The position numbers and the translations under genes are program-made. Shown here piece after piece: positions 1 to 12,345 of a stretch of 64,000 nt of DNA. The stretch's first letter is position 1. Each line of letters opens with the position of its first letter. This DNA comes from Podarcis tiliguerta (taxonomy: Eukaryota). The notes below the pieces were generated by a model. The model was given only the letters and a program-made list of their open reading frames with translations, was not told where the DNA came from and did no database searches. The stretch is taken from assembly GCA_965153285.1 (NCBI GenBank), contig OZ229129.1; one strand, written 5' to 3'.

Positions 1-296
1 GAAGCTTTTGATTAAAGGCACAGTTTGCCCTTGGAAGCCTCAGTTGTTCTTTGCCAGTCCATGCAGGACAGGCAATTGCCACTGCCATTTATTGCAAATG
101 ATAGATTAGCCACCAATCAGGTGTAAACACAGGGTGGTATTCAACTAAGTTTTATTCGGGATTGACCTGCGAAAATCAATGGACCCAACTCAGTTATGCT
201 CATTCATGTCAATGGGTCTACACTAAGTAAATAACAGTCAGAACATAGTTGAAGGCAATCATTTGACAAAGTGGTTGGTTGACAGATCTAACATCT

Positions 297-546
297 TAGG
301 GTAGGCAACCTAAGGCCCGTGGGCTGGATGTGGCCCAATAGCCTTCTCAATCTGGCCCATGGACATTCCAGGAATCAGCATGTTTTTACATGAGTAGAAT
401 GTGTCCTTTTATTTAAAATGCATCTCTGGGTTTTTTGTGGGGCATAGGAATTTGTTCAATTTTTTTCTTCAAAATATAGTCTGGTCCACCACATGGTCTG
501 AGGGACGGTGGCCTGGCCCACAGCTGAAAAAGATTACTGACCCCTG
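297..546 (+). mobile_element. Non-autonomous hAT MITE, family A copy 1
   Basis: Same sequence as 33186-33426 and 57439-57772; ends ctgacccctg. Confidence 0.85.
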
Positions 547-1245
547 ATCCAAGTGAATTAATGAAAAGTGGTGGTGGTGGTGGTGGTTATGGTTACCCAT
601 GTTCTTCTCTCCCTCCAAATATCCAACCCAGAGAAAAATGGAAGGGGTGGAGGAAGGAGTAACAGCTGCCCCATCTTGTGAGGTGGCCTTAGACTGATTC
701 ACTATGCCTTCCCAAAGCAACCTCTAACTTTGGGCCCCTCAAGGCTACTGTTTTGTTGCCATAGGTCTGGTCTCTGCCACATGCTCTTGGCACATTAGTG
801 GTGAATTTATTCCGCCTTATCAGTTGCTCTGCAATGCTTGCTTGGCGCTAACACGTTATTGGTGTCCAGAGGGGCTATAGAGCAAGAAAAGCGAGAGGGA
901 AATAAACCAGAGCATTTGTGGTGTAAAAAAAGTTATAAGGTTTCAGTTATGGGAAAGGCACTGACTGGAATGTGAAGCAGTGTGAATGTGCAATTAAAAA
1001 GGATGCCTGGAGGGGCCTCTCGTGACTAACAGCTACTCTGTGTCCAGTTGGAGTTAACATAAGGACATGTGGAGGCAGGGCCACGTCCATTAAAGGTAAA
1101 AAAGCAGAAAAATCCAGAGAAGGCCTAAAATCAGCGCAGGCCAGAGTTGGGATTTTTTGTGTGTGTTTTTGTGTGTGAGCACAAAACAGAGCATCATTGG
1201 AGAAGTGACAGACCTTAACCCTCCTGTTCTCCCTTGATATGGCAG

Positions 1246-1370
1246 ACTCGCTCAAAAGCATGGCCCAGATATTATCGATGATGACAACAAAGACAACATC
1301 ACCATCTTCACACGCATCCTGGACCGTCTGCTGGATGGATATGACAACCGACTGAGACCTGGGCTTGGAG
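1246..1370 (+). CDS. GABRA3: GABRA3 coding exon (human exon 3 equivalent): [41 protein letters not shown]
   Basis: Acceptor ggcag at 1241-1245, donor gtcagt at 1371; classic alpha-subunit N-terminal helix motif. Confidence 0.95.
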
Positions 1371-1454
1371 GTCAGTCTACTTCAGCTAATTGCCTGTGCA
1401 AGCTTGATGGCATTTCCTGATGTCACAGCAGGGGGAAAGGTGTGGGGGGTACAA

Positions 1455-1489
1455 AAAACAAACAAACAAACAAACAAACAAACAAACAA
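1455..1489. repeat. (AAAC)n microsatellite
   Basis: Read directly. Confidence 0.9.
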
Positions 1490-2129
1490 TATATGGACCA
1501 TCCCTCCAATCTAACTGCATTTCCACTTAAAGCTGCCTGCCCCACAGCCTCCTTGGACTGCTTGCATAAGGGAAGGCCCCTCCCCCAGTTTGGCAGAAGC
1601 AACTCCTCCTTGGGAGGGGCTATTAATTCTAGGGCTCCCTGGAGTCTCTTGCTGGGGATTTGTGGTTTCTTGGGATCCTCTCCAGCCGATTACTTGAAGT
1701 CCTTCGGCCCAACAGTTAAGATAATGAAATGTCGCTTTCTGATCCAACAGAGGCTGCTTCATGTGGCTGCCTCATCCTTACACTCACATTCATGCACACT
1801 CTCTGCTGGCTTGCTCTCCCTACAGAGCCCTTGAATGGGGTAGGGGTGGACTTTTCAAATTTCAGCAGTGCCCTGTGTGAGACCAAAATTCAGCACCCCT
1901 GCCCCTTGCCTTCCGTTCTGCTCAATTTGGTACGTCATAGTTGCGACGCCCTGCAACATCCCCTAGGCTTGGCACCCAGTGCAGTGCAAGCAGTCACACT
2001 GCTCTAAATCTGCCTCTGAATGGGGGAAGGAGATAAAGGTATGCAAGAAGAGAGAGATGATCAGCCCTCCTGCAGCAAGACCAGACGTTTCAGTTCAGTC
2101 ATTGGCATTTTGCTTCCTGCTCACAGAGT

Positions 2130-2310
2130 CATAGGAAGCTGCCTTGAACCAAGTCAGACAATTGGTCCATCTAGCTCAGCATTGTCTACAATGACCGCCA
2201 GTACACCTGTGGTTTCAGACAGGGTGCCTTCTGCCCTACCTGGAGATGCCATTGCAGAATGAACCTGGGACCTTCTGCATGGAAACCAGATGCTCTGCCA
2301 CTGAGCTTTA
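2130..2310 (-). mobile_element. tRNA-derived SINE (related copies near 22645-22820, 37775-38095, 38395-38685, 44860-45045)
   Basis: Reverse complement begins agctcagtggcagagcatc...ccaggttc, A/B-box-like; repeated in window. Confidence 0.75.
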
Positions 2311-3199
2311 ATTGTAGCACATGCTCATTCGCTTAGGCAGACCAGGAAGATGCTCCTGTCTCCCCACCTCCAGTAGCAGGTGGCAGTAAGGTGTGGGTCC
2401 CACTGGCAGAGGAAGAGGAGTGCGGGGGGAGCGAACCACCCCTGGCAGCATGATCCTGGTGCTATGCCCCTGCAGGCAGCGTGCCACACCCCCAGAATGA
2501 GTGCCACGCTCCTGTGGGCACATTGCCACACCCCCGGGATGCGTGCCAGCCCCGCCCCATCTACTCTCCACCCCCTGGTGCTGGAACATGAAGCTCCGCC
2601 ACTGGTGGGTGCTTCAGGGAACTTGGAAGCAAGGTGCCACCTGCTACAACTGACCTGTCAGCATCTCATTACCACATCTAGCATCCGTGCGGGTTGGGTA
2701 CTTCCTATCTGGTTTGTGCTGAAATGGGGATCAATGAGGATGTAAAACCAGCTACGGGCAAGAGTGTCTGTCCCATGTGCTCTTTGCATTCTGTGCCACG
2801 GCAGCAGCAGCTAGACTAGGAATAAATGGCTCGGAGTGTGATGCTGGTCCCTGAACTCATGAAATGAGCACTCAGAGCTCCCAGAAGACAAAATGCAAGT
2901 CCACCAAATGACAATACATGAGACACACTAGGGCATTACAGAACTGTGGCCAAGAGGAGCCCCCAGGGCCTTGTGGGAACCTATCACGAAATCACAGTAT
3001 TGTAGATTTGCAAGGACCTTCCACAATTTCTTTTTGGATCAATCTAACAAACTAACTCCCCCCCCCCCAGGAGGTAATCAAGGGTACGCAGCACTGGCAC
3101 CTCTTTGTTTTTTTGGGTTAAAAAGTGTGACATTTTTCTTTAACAACTTCATGAGTACCAGCACATATTTTTCTAGAAAAAAGCACTGTTCTCTCTCTG

Positions 3200-3265
<66 letters not shown>
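3200..3265. repeat. Compound (GTCT)n-(CT)n-(CA)n microsatellite
   Basis: Read directly. Confidence 0.95.
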
Positions 3266-3432
3266 CTTATAAAGTTGTAAAGATGGAAGGGACACCGAGG
3301 GTCATCTAGTCTAACCCCCAGCAATACAGGAATCTCAATTAAAGCATCCATGGCAGATGGCCATCCAACCTCTGCTTAAACACCTCCGAGAGTCCACAAC
3401 CTCCTAAGGGAGTCCATTCCACTGTTGGACAG

Positions 3433-3785
3433 GGCCTCTCCTGCTCCCGGAGCGGAGAGGTTTTGAGCGGGGGGGGGGAGGAGGCGTATTCGGCTCCCTG
3501 CTCCTGATTGCTTCTGCTGCCATGGCCAAGCCTTCCAGCCGACCAATAGGGATGGCTGATGGGCAGGGCTAAACACCTTTAAACAGCCGCGGCAGCGCTC
3601 TGCTCCCAGTCTGTTCCTGCTTTCTTCGGATCTCCCACCCTCCTTACCTCTTAGGTCAGCTTCTTTTTGCGTATTGACCTTGCTGTAACCAATAAAAGTT
3701 GTGGCCTAATTTTGCCCATTAACCTAAAATAATGTGTCTGTGTGTCTTATTATAATCCTATGCGGGTGGAGGGTCCTCAATTCAA
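3433..3785 (+). mobile_element. Probable DIRS/Ngaro-type terminal repeat inserted into a CR1 3' end
   Basis: cccaccctcc and aataaaagttgtggcct motifs; CR1 tail at 3270-3432 resumes at about 3788. Confidence 0.45.
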
Positions 3786-3809
3786 AACTCCTACTGTTAG
3801 AAAGCCCTG

Positions 3810-4095
3810 TTTCACACCACTCTATAGGGAAGGCATCCAAGGATGAACCCTCATGCTGGATACTGCTGTGTATTTTCTTGTGGAAGGACATGATCACACT
3901 GCAAAGATTAGGTGGGGATCCTATCTTACTGATTTCTGTGAAGAGACCTTTTCAGCTGATGAAGCTAAGGGCCTTAATCAGGTCTATGAAGGCAATGTAG
4001 AAGGGGCACCTCTGCCCTTGGCATTTCTCCTGCAGCTGGTGCAGTAAGAAAATCATGTTCACTGTTGACCTCATGGTAGTACAGCATATTATATG
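3810..4095 (-). mobile_element. RTE-clade LINE reverse transcriptase fragment
   Basis: RSTVNMIFLLHQLQEKCQGQRCPFYIAFIDLIKA resembles the RTE RT motif RQLQEKC-x-EQ...F-x-DL-x-KAFD. Confidence 0.75.
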
Positions 4096-5591
4096 TAAAT
4101 CATCTATGACATTAAAAAAAAAGTCTTCCTTTAGATTTGGTTCCTGGTTGTCTAGTGTTGGTTCTTCCACTTATACTAGAGGTGCAGTTCACATTAATTT
4201 GCTTCCTGGGGCCCATAAGATCTATCTGCAGAACTAGTTCCCCACCTCTCTCTGTCCCCAGAGGTCTTCCAAAGCACCTGATTATGACAGTGCTGCAATT
4301 TTGATAGTGCTGCAATTCTTGCATTTCAGTGAATTGGACTATATGTTGCTTTGGTTCCTTCTAGCACTGCAGTTCTATGATTCTATGCTCTCCTCTGCCC
4401 TCCTCACTATGTGCACTGACATTCAGTTGTGCTTCCAGACAGAAGCTCTGCTTGTTGCTCTTCAGCTCTGCATGCCTTGATCCTTCTTGATCCTCTGCAC
4501 CTAGCCTTGATTTGTCCTTTCCTTAGCATGGGGTAAGTTAATTCCTAGGCAGGCAAGTAGCTTTGAGAGGAGACTAGGCACTGATATAATGGCCCCTGAC
4601 ATCATAAAAGCATCAGTGTCTACCCTGAGCAGAGAAGGGTGGTGCAGTGGGCCCCTTCTCAGCTCTATGTGGGATGTGCACCTGGAGACCTCTTTTCTTC
4701 ATGATCTTCATGTGCCACCTGTCCAGGCAGCTCAGTATTCCCACCCCACCCACCATGCAGGCTAGTCATCCTTGTTCACAAAGGAGCCCATACAGACTCA
4801 GATGTTCCCAGTCTGAGCCCTCTCAGCTCCAGACAGGCAGGCAGCCCTGACAGGGCTGTGCGGCTTTGGTTATTTCAATTGAACTATGGCTTGGCAACAG
4901 ATTAGCCCATGTCAACAAACAGCTCTAAGCCTTTAAATCAAGTGGTGCTAACTTCATTTCTCACTGTAGGGGTGGGTGTTCGGGAGACTTCAAAACTCAC
5001 TAGCGTCTTGAGATATCATGGGGCTAGAGGTGTCCTTTTCTGTGAATGAGAGCAACAAGAGGAGAGGAGAAGGGATGGAGGGAGGAAAGCATCTGTTGGG
5101 AGGACTTGCCCATTGCATCAGGATTTGCAAATATGTCCACCTCACCCGAGAGAGAAGCCTGTGAAGAAAACCACTACTTGCATTTACAAACAAATCCAAA
5201 GCATTAATAAAATCACTGTTTTGTGAATTGAGTGAGTGTTTCATTTAAATGCTTCTCCAAAGGCCCTATTGAGCTCATGGAGTATAAGCTCAAAATGACT
5301 CTATTTCTGCAGAAGGCATTATGTGCTGTTTAAAGGCACTTGTAGGAAGTCATCCCTGATGAATGCCAGAGGGCACTGATTAGAGGCCCACAAACCCCAT
5401 TTGTGTTTGTTTATGGAATTGGTCATTGTTCAGTGTCCACCACAACTAAGCACAAAAGTGGATCATTTGACTGTAATCCAGGGAAGGAGCAAGCCTGGAG
5501 ATTTCAAACAAAGCTAAGGCAGAAATTACACAGGGAAACATTCACCATGCGAATCACCCCTAATTACTTTCTTCCTTTTTGCTTCTTCCAG

Positions 5592-5659
5592 ATACAGTAA
5601 CTGAAGTCAAGACCAACATTTATGTAACAAGTTTTGGGCCCGTCTCGGACACAGACATG
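5592..5659 (+). CDS. GABRA3: GABRA3 exon 4 equivalent: (D)[22 protein letters not shown]
   Basis: Polypyrimidine tract plus ccag acceptor, gtaggt donor, 68 nt, phase-compatible with neighbours. Confidence 0.97.
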
Positions 5660-5667
5660 GTAGGTGC

Positions 5668-6247
5668 TGTTGGGATAGATTTGGAAGGTAGGATAGGATT
5701 GATTATTTATTAATTATCCTTCCTCTTACATGCTTGAGTAATATTAGCATCTAGTTTAGCAGAGTTAAAAATCCCATCCTTCGCAGTATTAACACGGAAA
5801 CTAGGGGGAAAAGACTGTGTAGCTTTCTATCGTTATCCAGGATGTCTTGGGCAGACTGCATCTTCCCCTTTATTTATTCTTCTGAACAAAATAACAACAT
5901 AAAAATCTGTTATTTTAGAGTATAAAAATATTGTTTAGTTACAAAAAAGTTGCAGACTTGATTCAAGCAGAAAATAGCAGTGAAATAAGTCCAGAAAAAT
6001 ATACTCCTATATTGCAAAATACATGATTTTTAGGAGCACACAGACCCTGCGTCCTATCCCTACAGTTGCATGATGAGAAAAAGAACGTTCTCCGAGCAGG
6101 AAGGAAGGAATAAGAATCATATTGCTACTGCTACCTTTCCTGCCTCTCCAAGCAGAGGATGTGACCTCACAGACTGATCTCTAGGAGTTTACAGGGAACT
6201 CTATGTGCCTTAGCCTTTTGGTCACCTAGCAAACATGGAATTTTATA
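5668..6247 (-). mobile_element. Solo LTR of the same copia family, in GABRA3 intron
   Basis: Colinear end-to-end similarity with 55769-56353 (tg[t/c]tgggatagatttggaaggt ... gcaaacatggaatttta); AATAAA on minus strand near 5870; no TSD recognised. Confidence 0.9.
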
Positions 6248-7469
6248 TTTTGACTGGAGCATCATTTTCCCACATTTGTGGAGGTAGAACATAGCGATCA
6301 TGGCTAGTAGTCATTGATAGCCTTATCCTGCATGAATCCTTATCCTTCCAGACCTTTGCATCTGGTCGTGGCAGGCAAGGTCCCTTTGTGAGGGTGAATG
6401 GACATGTACCAGCTGCTGATGGCAAAGTGTAAGTATCAGCTCTTCCCAGGTCAGTGCGGCTGGTGTGTCCCCTCAGCCTCTCCAAATAGCCATCCTCACC
6501 CCTGTTCCCTCCCAAAGTGGGTAGCAAGGGAAATGAAGGACAAGCTGTCATGGGAGCTAAGCACCTTTTTATGCTTGGGCAGGTAGGCAGCTCCCGCTTT
6601 CTCTACCAGGCATGCCCACTAGAAGAGCCACCTGTTTGCAGCTGATCCTTATTCTATTGGCAGCAAAGAAGAAAAGGTCAGAAGGAGATTCAAAGTGTTC
6701 GCTATCACAAGGAAAATGTGAAGGGAGGGATGGCTGGAAGGTTGAGGGGACACAGCTGGCAGAAGTCCTAAGGACTGAATTGAGGCCTCTCTTCCCACAA
6801 CTGCATGCCTAAATGAAATAGCCTAAATCATTGTCAGAAAGCAGCACACAGAGTTGCTTCTGTGCCCAAAAATCCCAAACCACAGAAAATGCTGATGAGG
6901 AATTAGTTCTTCCTGGGATTCCCCAATTAATAAAGGATGATGCAAGTTTTGTGGGTGGGGACCCTCCTCGCCAGGAGAGGTGCTTTTTATGGGCTCCATG
7001 CCCTGTTTTCCTTTCGTGTTCTGAATGTGACCATGCTAGTCTCCAAGCACGTTGAACCGGGGGAGGGGGAGGGGAGAGACACTATAGGGAGTGGCTGTTC
7101 CTTCCTTGGCAACTGGATTTGTCTTCCACAGGAAGATCAAAACAGAGCCACCAGTCTATGGTGGTGAGACTTGTGCCTAATGGAGTCAGTCTAGGCCATT
7201 CTTATGGTAGCCCGGTAGAACTGAGTGTCCTATTCTGCTTGTGCTCTCCACAACCCATGCATATTGCCATTTAGGACAAGGGATGCCATTTCCATAGCCC
7301 TTCTGGTGGGCTGCTCAGGAAGAGGAAGACAAGCAGCAGAATTCCAAGACCCAGCTACTGATTTAAGACTATATAAAATAGGGAAAGGAGAGTGAGAATG
7401 AGTGTGCACAATCAAATTGAATATAAAATGCTAAATCAGAATTTTAAAACTGGGCATATACTAAGTCGA

Positions 7470-7577
7470 GGGACCCGGGTGGCGCTGTGGGTAAAAGCCT
7501 CAGCGCCTAGGACTTGCCAATCGAAAGGTCGGCGGTTCAAATCCCCGCGGCGGGGTGCGCTCCCGCCGCTCGGTCCC
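7470..7577 (+). mobile_element. Truncated Sauria SINE (5' tRNA-related head only)
   Basis: gggacccgggtggcgctgtgggt... matches the start of 48252-48593. Confidence 0.8.
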
Positions 7578-7899
7578 AAACGTATTAAAACTTGATTAGA
7601 TTTGCTTCTGCCCTCAACCACCTTTAAACAAATGTTCCCCATGAAAATATTTATGGCTAGAAGACACTTGGCTTTGCAAATAAGTGAAGTGTTTTATGCA
7701 CAGAGTTTCAGGAGTTACAGCAAATAAGCTTCCATCCTTTGGCAGTAAAATAAAGAAGAATACCCCCATGACTTAAAAATAAAGAATTTGGTTTCTTTAC
7801 AAAAGGATCATGTAAGATGTAAGCAGTAAAAATCTCTTTGAGAGAGATTCATTCGTTTTTTCTACAGCTGTGGGTATTCCTGGATCCTTTGCTGTCGCT

Positions 7900-8570
7900 T
7901 GAGGCTCATGTGGCCTCAGTGGCATGGAGTGCCTTCCATCAGCATCAGTTGGTGGCCCAGCTGCACCCATATCTGGACAAGGATAGTCTAACTTTGGTGG
8001 TCTATGTTTTGGCAATGTGTTATATGTGGGGCTGCCTCTGAAGACAGTTTGGAAAATTCAGCTGGTTCAGCAGCCAGGTTGCTCACCAAGGCAAGACGGG
8101 TTGAACATATAATGCCATTCCTGGCCCAACTTCACTGGCTGCCAATTAGTTTCCAGGCCCAATTCAATGTGCTGGTTTTGACCTATAAAATGCTAAACAC
8201 AATACTTCAAGGACCACTTTGCCCCATATGAACCAACCTGGACCCTGTGATCATCATTTGTAGCCCTTCATTGCGTGTCCCCTCCATGGGAGGTCTGGAG
8301 GTTGGCAAGATAAGGACAGGTTTTTTCTGCAGTAGATTCCTGCTTGTGGAATGTTCTCCCCAGGAAGGCTCATCTGGTGCCCTGCTTACATACCTTTAGG
8401 TGCCAGGTAAAAGCATTCCTCTTCTCCCAGGCCTTAGGCGACTTAAACAATCTACGGGCTTTTAAATGGGGATATTGTTTTTGTTTGTTACTATGGTTTG
8501 TATTTTGTGTTTTTATATTGCAAGCCACTCCGTGATCCTTGGGTAAAAGGTGGTATAGAAACTAACAACA
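7900..8570 (+). mobile_element. L2-like LINE 3' fragment (related pieces at about 20110-20475 and 32985-33805)
   Basis: SAARLLTKARRVEHIMPFLAQLHWLPISFQAQF, the L2/CR1-group ORF2 C-terminal LHWLP motif. Confidence 0.8.
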
Positions 8571-8574
8571 AACC

Positions 8575-9065
8575 TTTTAGCTTAGAGAAAAGGCAAGTAA
8601 GACGTTACCTGATGGAAGTTTATGAAATCAGGCATGGCATGGAAAGAGTGGATAGAGAGGTTTTTCTCCCTCTTTCATAACACTGGAACTCTTAGATATC
8701 CCATGAAGTTGAATGTTGGAAGGTTCAGGATAGAATAAAGGAAGTCCTCCTACATATAGCACAGAGTTAAACCATGAAACTCCTTCCCCCAGGAGGCAGT
8801 GATTTCCCCCCAATTTGGGTGGCTTTAGAAGAGGATTAGGCAAATTAATGGAGGATAAGACTACCAATGGTACTAGCCATGATGACTATGCTGCATCTTC
8901 AGATTTGGAGACAGTGATGCTTCTGAATACCAGTTGCTGGAAACTGCAGGAGGGGAGAGTGTTTTTGTGCTCAATAGGCAACTGTTTTGGTGACTCTGAG
9001 AACAGGATTCTGTGTGAGATGGGCCTACTTTGACCTAATACAGCAAGCTCTTCTTATGATCTTCC
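8575..9065 (+). mobile_element. CR1-type LINE 3' end with long 3' UTR (related copies at about 14480-15310, 34480-34650, 38880-39115, 45900-46270, 51820-52000)
   Basis: FSLEKRQVRRYLMEVYEI motif and shared ctagccatgatgg...cttctgaataccagttgctgg tail. Confidence 0.75.
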
Positions 9066-10216
9066 ATGGATATAGACTGTGAAGCTGCTCAGTCATGGGA
9101 GCTGGACTCCAAAGGATCAGGCAGAAATTGGAGTGACTGGCCCAGCAGGGCTGGAAAATAATGTATTATAATATCCCATTTTGAGGAGTTCCCCATCAAT
9201 AGGCTCTTTCTGGCTTTAGAAGGCCCTCTTCCTCTGGGGCAAGGAGTTAATTCAGTGTTACTGGAGCTGCTACTTTCCCACTTGGTCCGGCTTCTGACTC
9301 TTTCTCTGTCACACTCGCTTTTCTCTCTTCACACCAAAGCAAAGAGCCATAATATATTCACTCATCCAAGCCTCAGGGAGTCTCTCATAATTACTTCTAA
9401 GGTGGAGCATATTTGAATAAGGAAGCTTGTATAATGAACTGTGGAGAACAGGGAAATGGGAGGTATTGAAGAACGGGGTCCCCCCCCCCCCGCTGTGTGA
9501 TTTTGAAAAAGGGGCTCAGAACAAGGCGGGCTGGTAAAGAATAATATGGTCACATCCACACAAGCTTGTTTTGGTTCTACAGATGCCATCCATGCATGGG
9601 AAATGTGATGCCCCTTTGGGTATTTTCTTTTTTTGTGGGGGTTGGCATCTGAACTGAAGAAATGCTGCCGACACTATTCCCTCTCTAGATAGAAGGGCAC
9701 AGGGCTGACTCAAGGCATGTTGTTGCCTGAGGAGGGCCAGCAAATGCCCCTTCCCCAACCAAGGTGCACAGAAGTAGTACCAGTCAAGTTATTTTGCCAC
9801 CTGAGATCCGACAAATGCATTTTCCCTTCCCTGGCAGTCAACACCCAATAGTAAAAAGAGGGATAAGAATGTGATACCTTTTGCTGACAACCCAAATCAG
9901 CTAAGTGAGCCAGTCACATCACCCCGTCCCACGGCACTCCTGCACACAAAAACACCCACTCACACAGCCCTTTAGTACAGGGGTTATTGATCAGCTACCC
10001 TGGCCAAGCCGTGGGGAAACTTTGTTTGTGCCTTGTTGTTTTGGTTGAACTGGACATATCATTACTATTATTATTTTCATTTAGGCTTGGGTGACTGAAT
10101 ATATTATGGCTCTTTGCTTTGGTGTGAAGCGAGAAATGAGATTGTGACAGAGAAAGAAAGAATCGGAAGCCAGAGGAAGTGGAAAAGTAGCAGCTCCAGT
10201 AACACTAAATTTAACT

Positions 10217-10690
10217 CTTTTAAGAAGGATGTTGACAAACTGGAACGTGTGCATAGGAAGGCAACCAAGATGATTAAGGGTCTTGAAACTAACCCGTATG
10301 AGGAGTGCTTGAGGGAGCTGGGTGTGTTTAGCCTGGATGAGATTGAGAGGAGATATGATAACAATCTTCAAATATCTCAAGGGCTGTCACATGGTAGAGG
10401 GAACATGCTTGTTTTCTCCTGCTATGGAAGGTGGACTCAAACCCATGGCTTCAAGTTACAAGAATTGAAATTCTGACCAAGCATTCAAAAAAACGTTTTG
10501 ACAGTAAGAGCTGTTCAACAGTGGAATGGACTCCGTTGGGAGGTTGTGGACTCCTCTTCCTTGGAGGTTTTTAAGCAGATGTTGGATGGCCATCTGTCAT
10601 GGATGCTTTAGCTGAGATTCCTGCATTGCAGGGGTTGGATTAGATGACCCTTGGGTCCCTTCCAGTTCTAAGATTCTATGATTCTATGAT
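10217..10690 (+). mobile_element. CR1 LINE 3' end
   Basis: [23 protein letters not shown]...LRELGVFSL; (attctatg)n terminal octamer. Confidence 0.9.
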
Positions 10691-12056
10691 TTGTATAAGG
10701 ACATTATGATAATGGCAGTTTTATTTTAAACCCCTTTCCTAACAATCCCCAGCATGGAATTTGCCTTATTCATCTCTGCCACGCATTGGCTGACATCTTC
10801 ATCAAGCTATCTACTATAACCCCAGGTTCTTGCTCCTGGTCCATCACCTGCTGTTGAGGAGGAGAGGGGAGGGAGAAGAACTGCTGGATATTGGTGTGAC
10901 AGAGACTTTGAGTGGATGAGTGGGTGAGTGGGTGGCTGGAACACTGGAGCAAGAAGGCTCAGATCTAGAAGTCATGCTGTCTTCCTTGGCTGGAGAACAG
11001 GGAGTCAGTCTGTCCATGACTCCTCACATGAAGCTGCTTGCTGGGATAGCCTTGGTCCTGAATGCTCCAATTGGGGTCAGCAAGTTTTAGTTACAGGAAG
11101 GAGGCTTCAAAAGCAGCTGTACTGGTTCAAGGCTCACCATAGCAGGGGGCATCAGAGATGAAGAAGTACTGACTTGTTGCTCGTTGGGGTGTTTCTATTC
11201 TTCCAAAGGGGAAGGAACTGGGGGGTGGGCAGATTGCCCAGTATCTGTCAAGAGGAAGAGTAGGGCAGCACTGGATCGGGAGGAGGAGGAAGCAGCAACA
11301 GCAGCAGCAACAGCAACAACAACTGGTCATGTCTTGGGCACCATCTGCACTTACCAGCTGCACCAGCGTTGCCACAGAAACTGCTGCTGAAGGTTTTGTT
11401 TGCCTGAACTTGTTGCTGGGTCCTTGATACCACTGATGAATCATTGGGGGGGGGGAGTGCTTGGAGTGCTTGGAAAGAACTTTGCTGCCCTTCCTATTCA
11501 GTTTCAGTGTTTGTGTAACTGAGAGGAGGAGTAGGGCAAGAGTATAAAATTCAGAGGAGAGTTGGGATCAACTCTCTCACGCTCACACATAGAATCATAG
11601 AATTGCAGAGTTGCAAGGACCCATGAGGGTCATCTAGTCCAACCCCCGCAATGCAGGAATCTTTTGCTCAACATTGGGCTTGAACTCATGACTCTGAGAT
11701 TAAGAGTCTCATGCTCTACCAACTGAAAACATTTTATTGGGGGGTATTTTTTTTAAAAAAATGTGCATTCTAGTAATTAAAATAATATGCACAAAAAAGA
11801 ATGGCATTCAGTTAACTGCTTTCTGCCGGTCGTGGGGCCTTGATACAACTTTGTGTATACACATGTGTTACTAGATTACTGTATCCCAGGATCTTCTTTT
11901 GAGATACAAGCAGGCCACCAGGACCAAAGCTGGACAGGCACAGGGAAAGGACAGTGCCTTTGTATACAGTAGTTTTCTATATTCTTTTTGATTTGAGGAG
12001 ATGTGAATGGGAAAATACAATCATTTAAACTTTATACAACCTCTTTAATTCATATA

Positions 12057-12316
12057 CAGTCATACCTCATGTTACGTCTGCTTCATGATATGTTTTTTCA
12101 GGTCGCATCCCGCAGCGACCCAGAAGTACCAGAAAGGGTTACTTCCGGGTTTCGCTGCTTGCGCATATGCAGAAGCGCAAAATGACATCACGCGCATGCG
12201 CAGAAGCAGCGAATCGCGTCCCGCGTGTGCGCAGATGCGCCGCTGCGGGTTGCGTTCTATTCATGTGGCGAACGCTCCTCTAGAACGGATCCCGTTCGCA
12301 ACCAGAGGTGCCACTG
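12057..12316. mobile_element. Tc1/mariner-superfamily (pogo/Tigger-like) MITE
   Basis: TA-flanked; imperfect TIRs cagtcatacctc / gaggtgccactg; CpG-rich interior. Confidence 0.75.
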
Positions 12317-12345
12317 TAAAGTAAAAACACCTAAAATAAGTAAAA

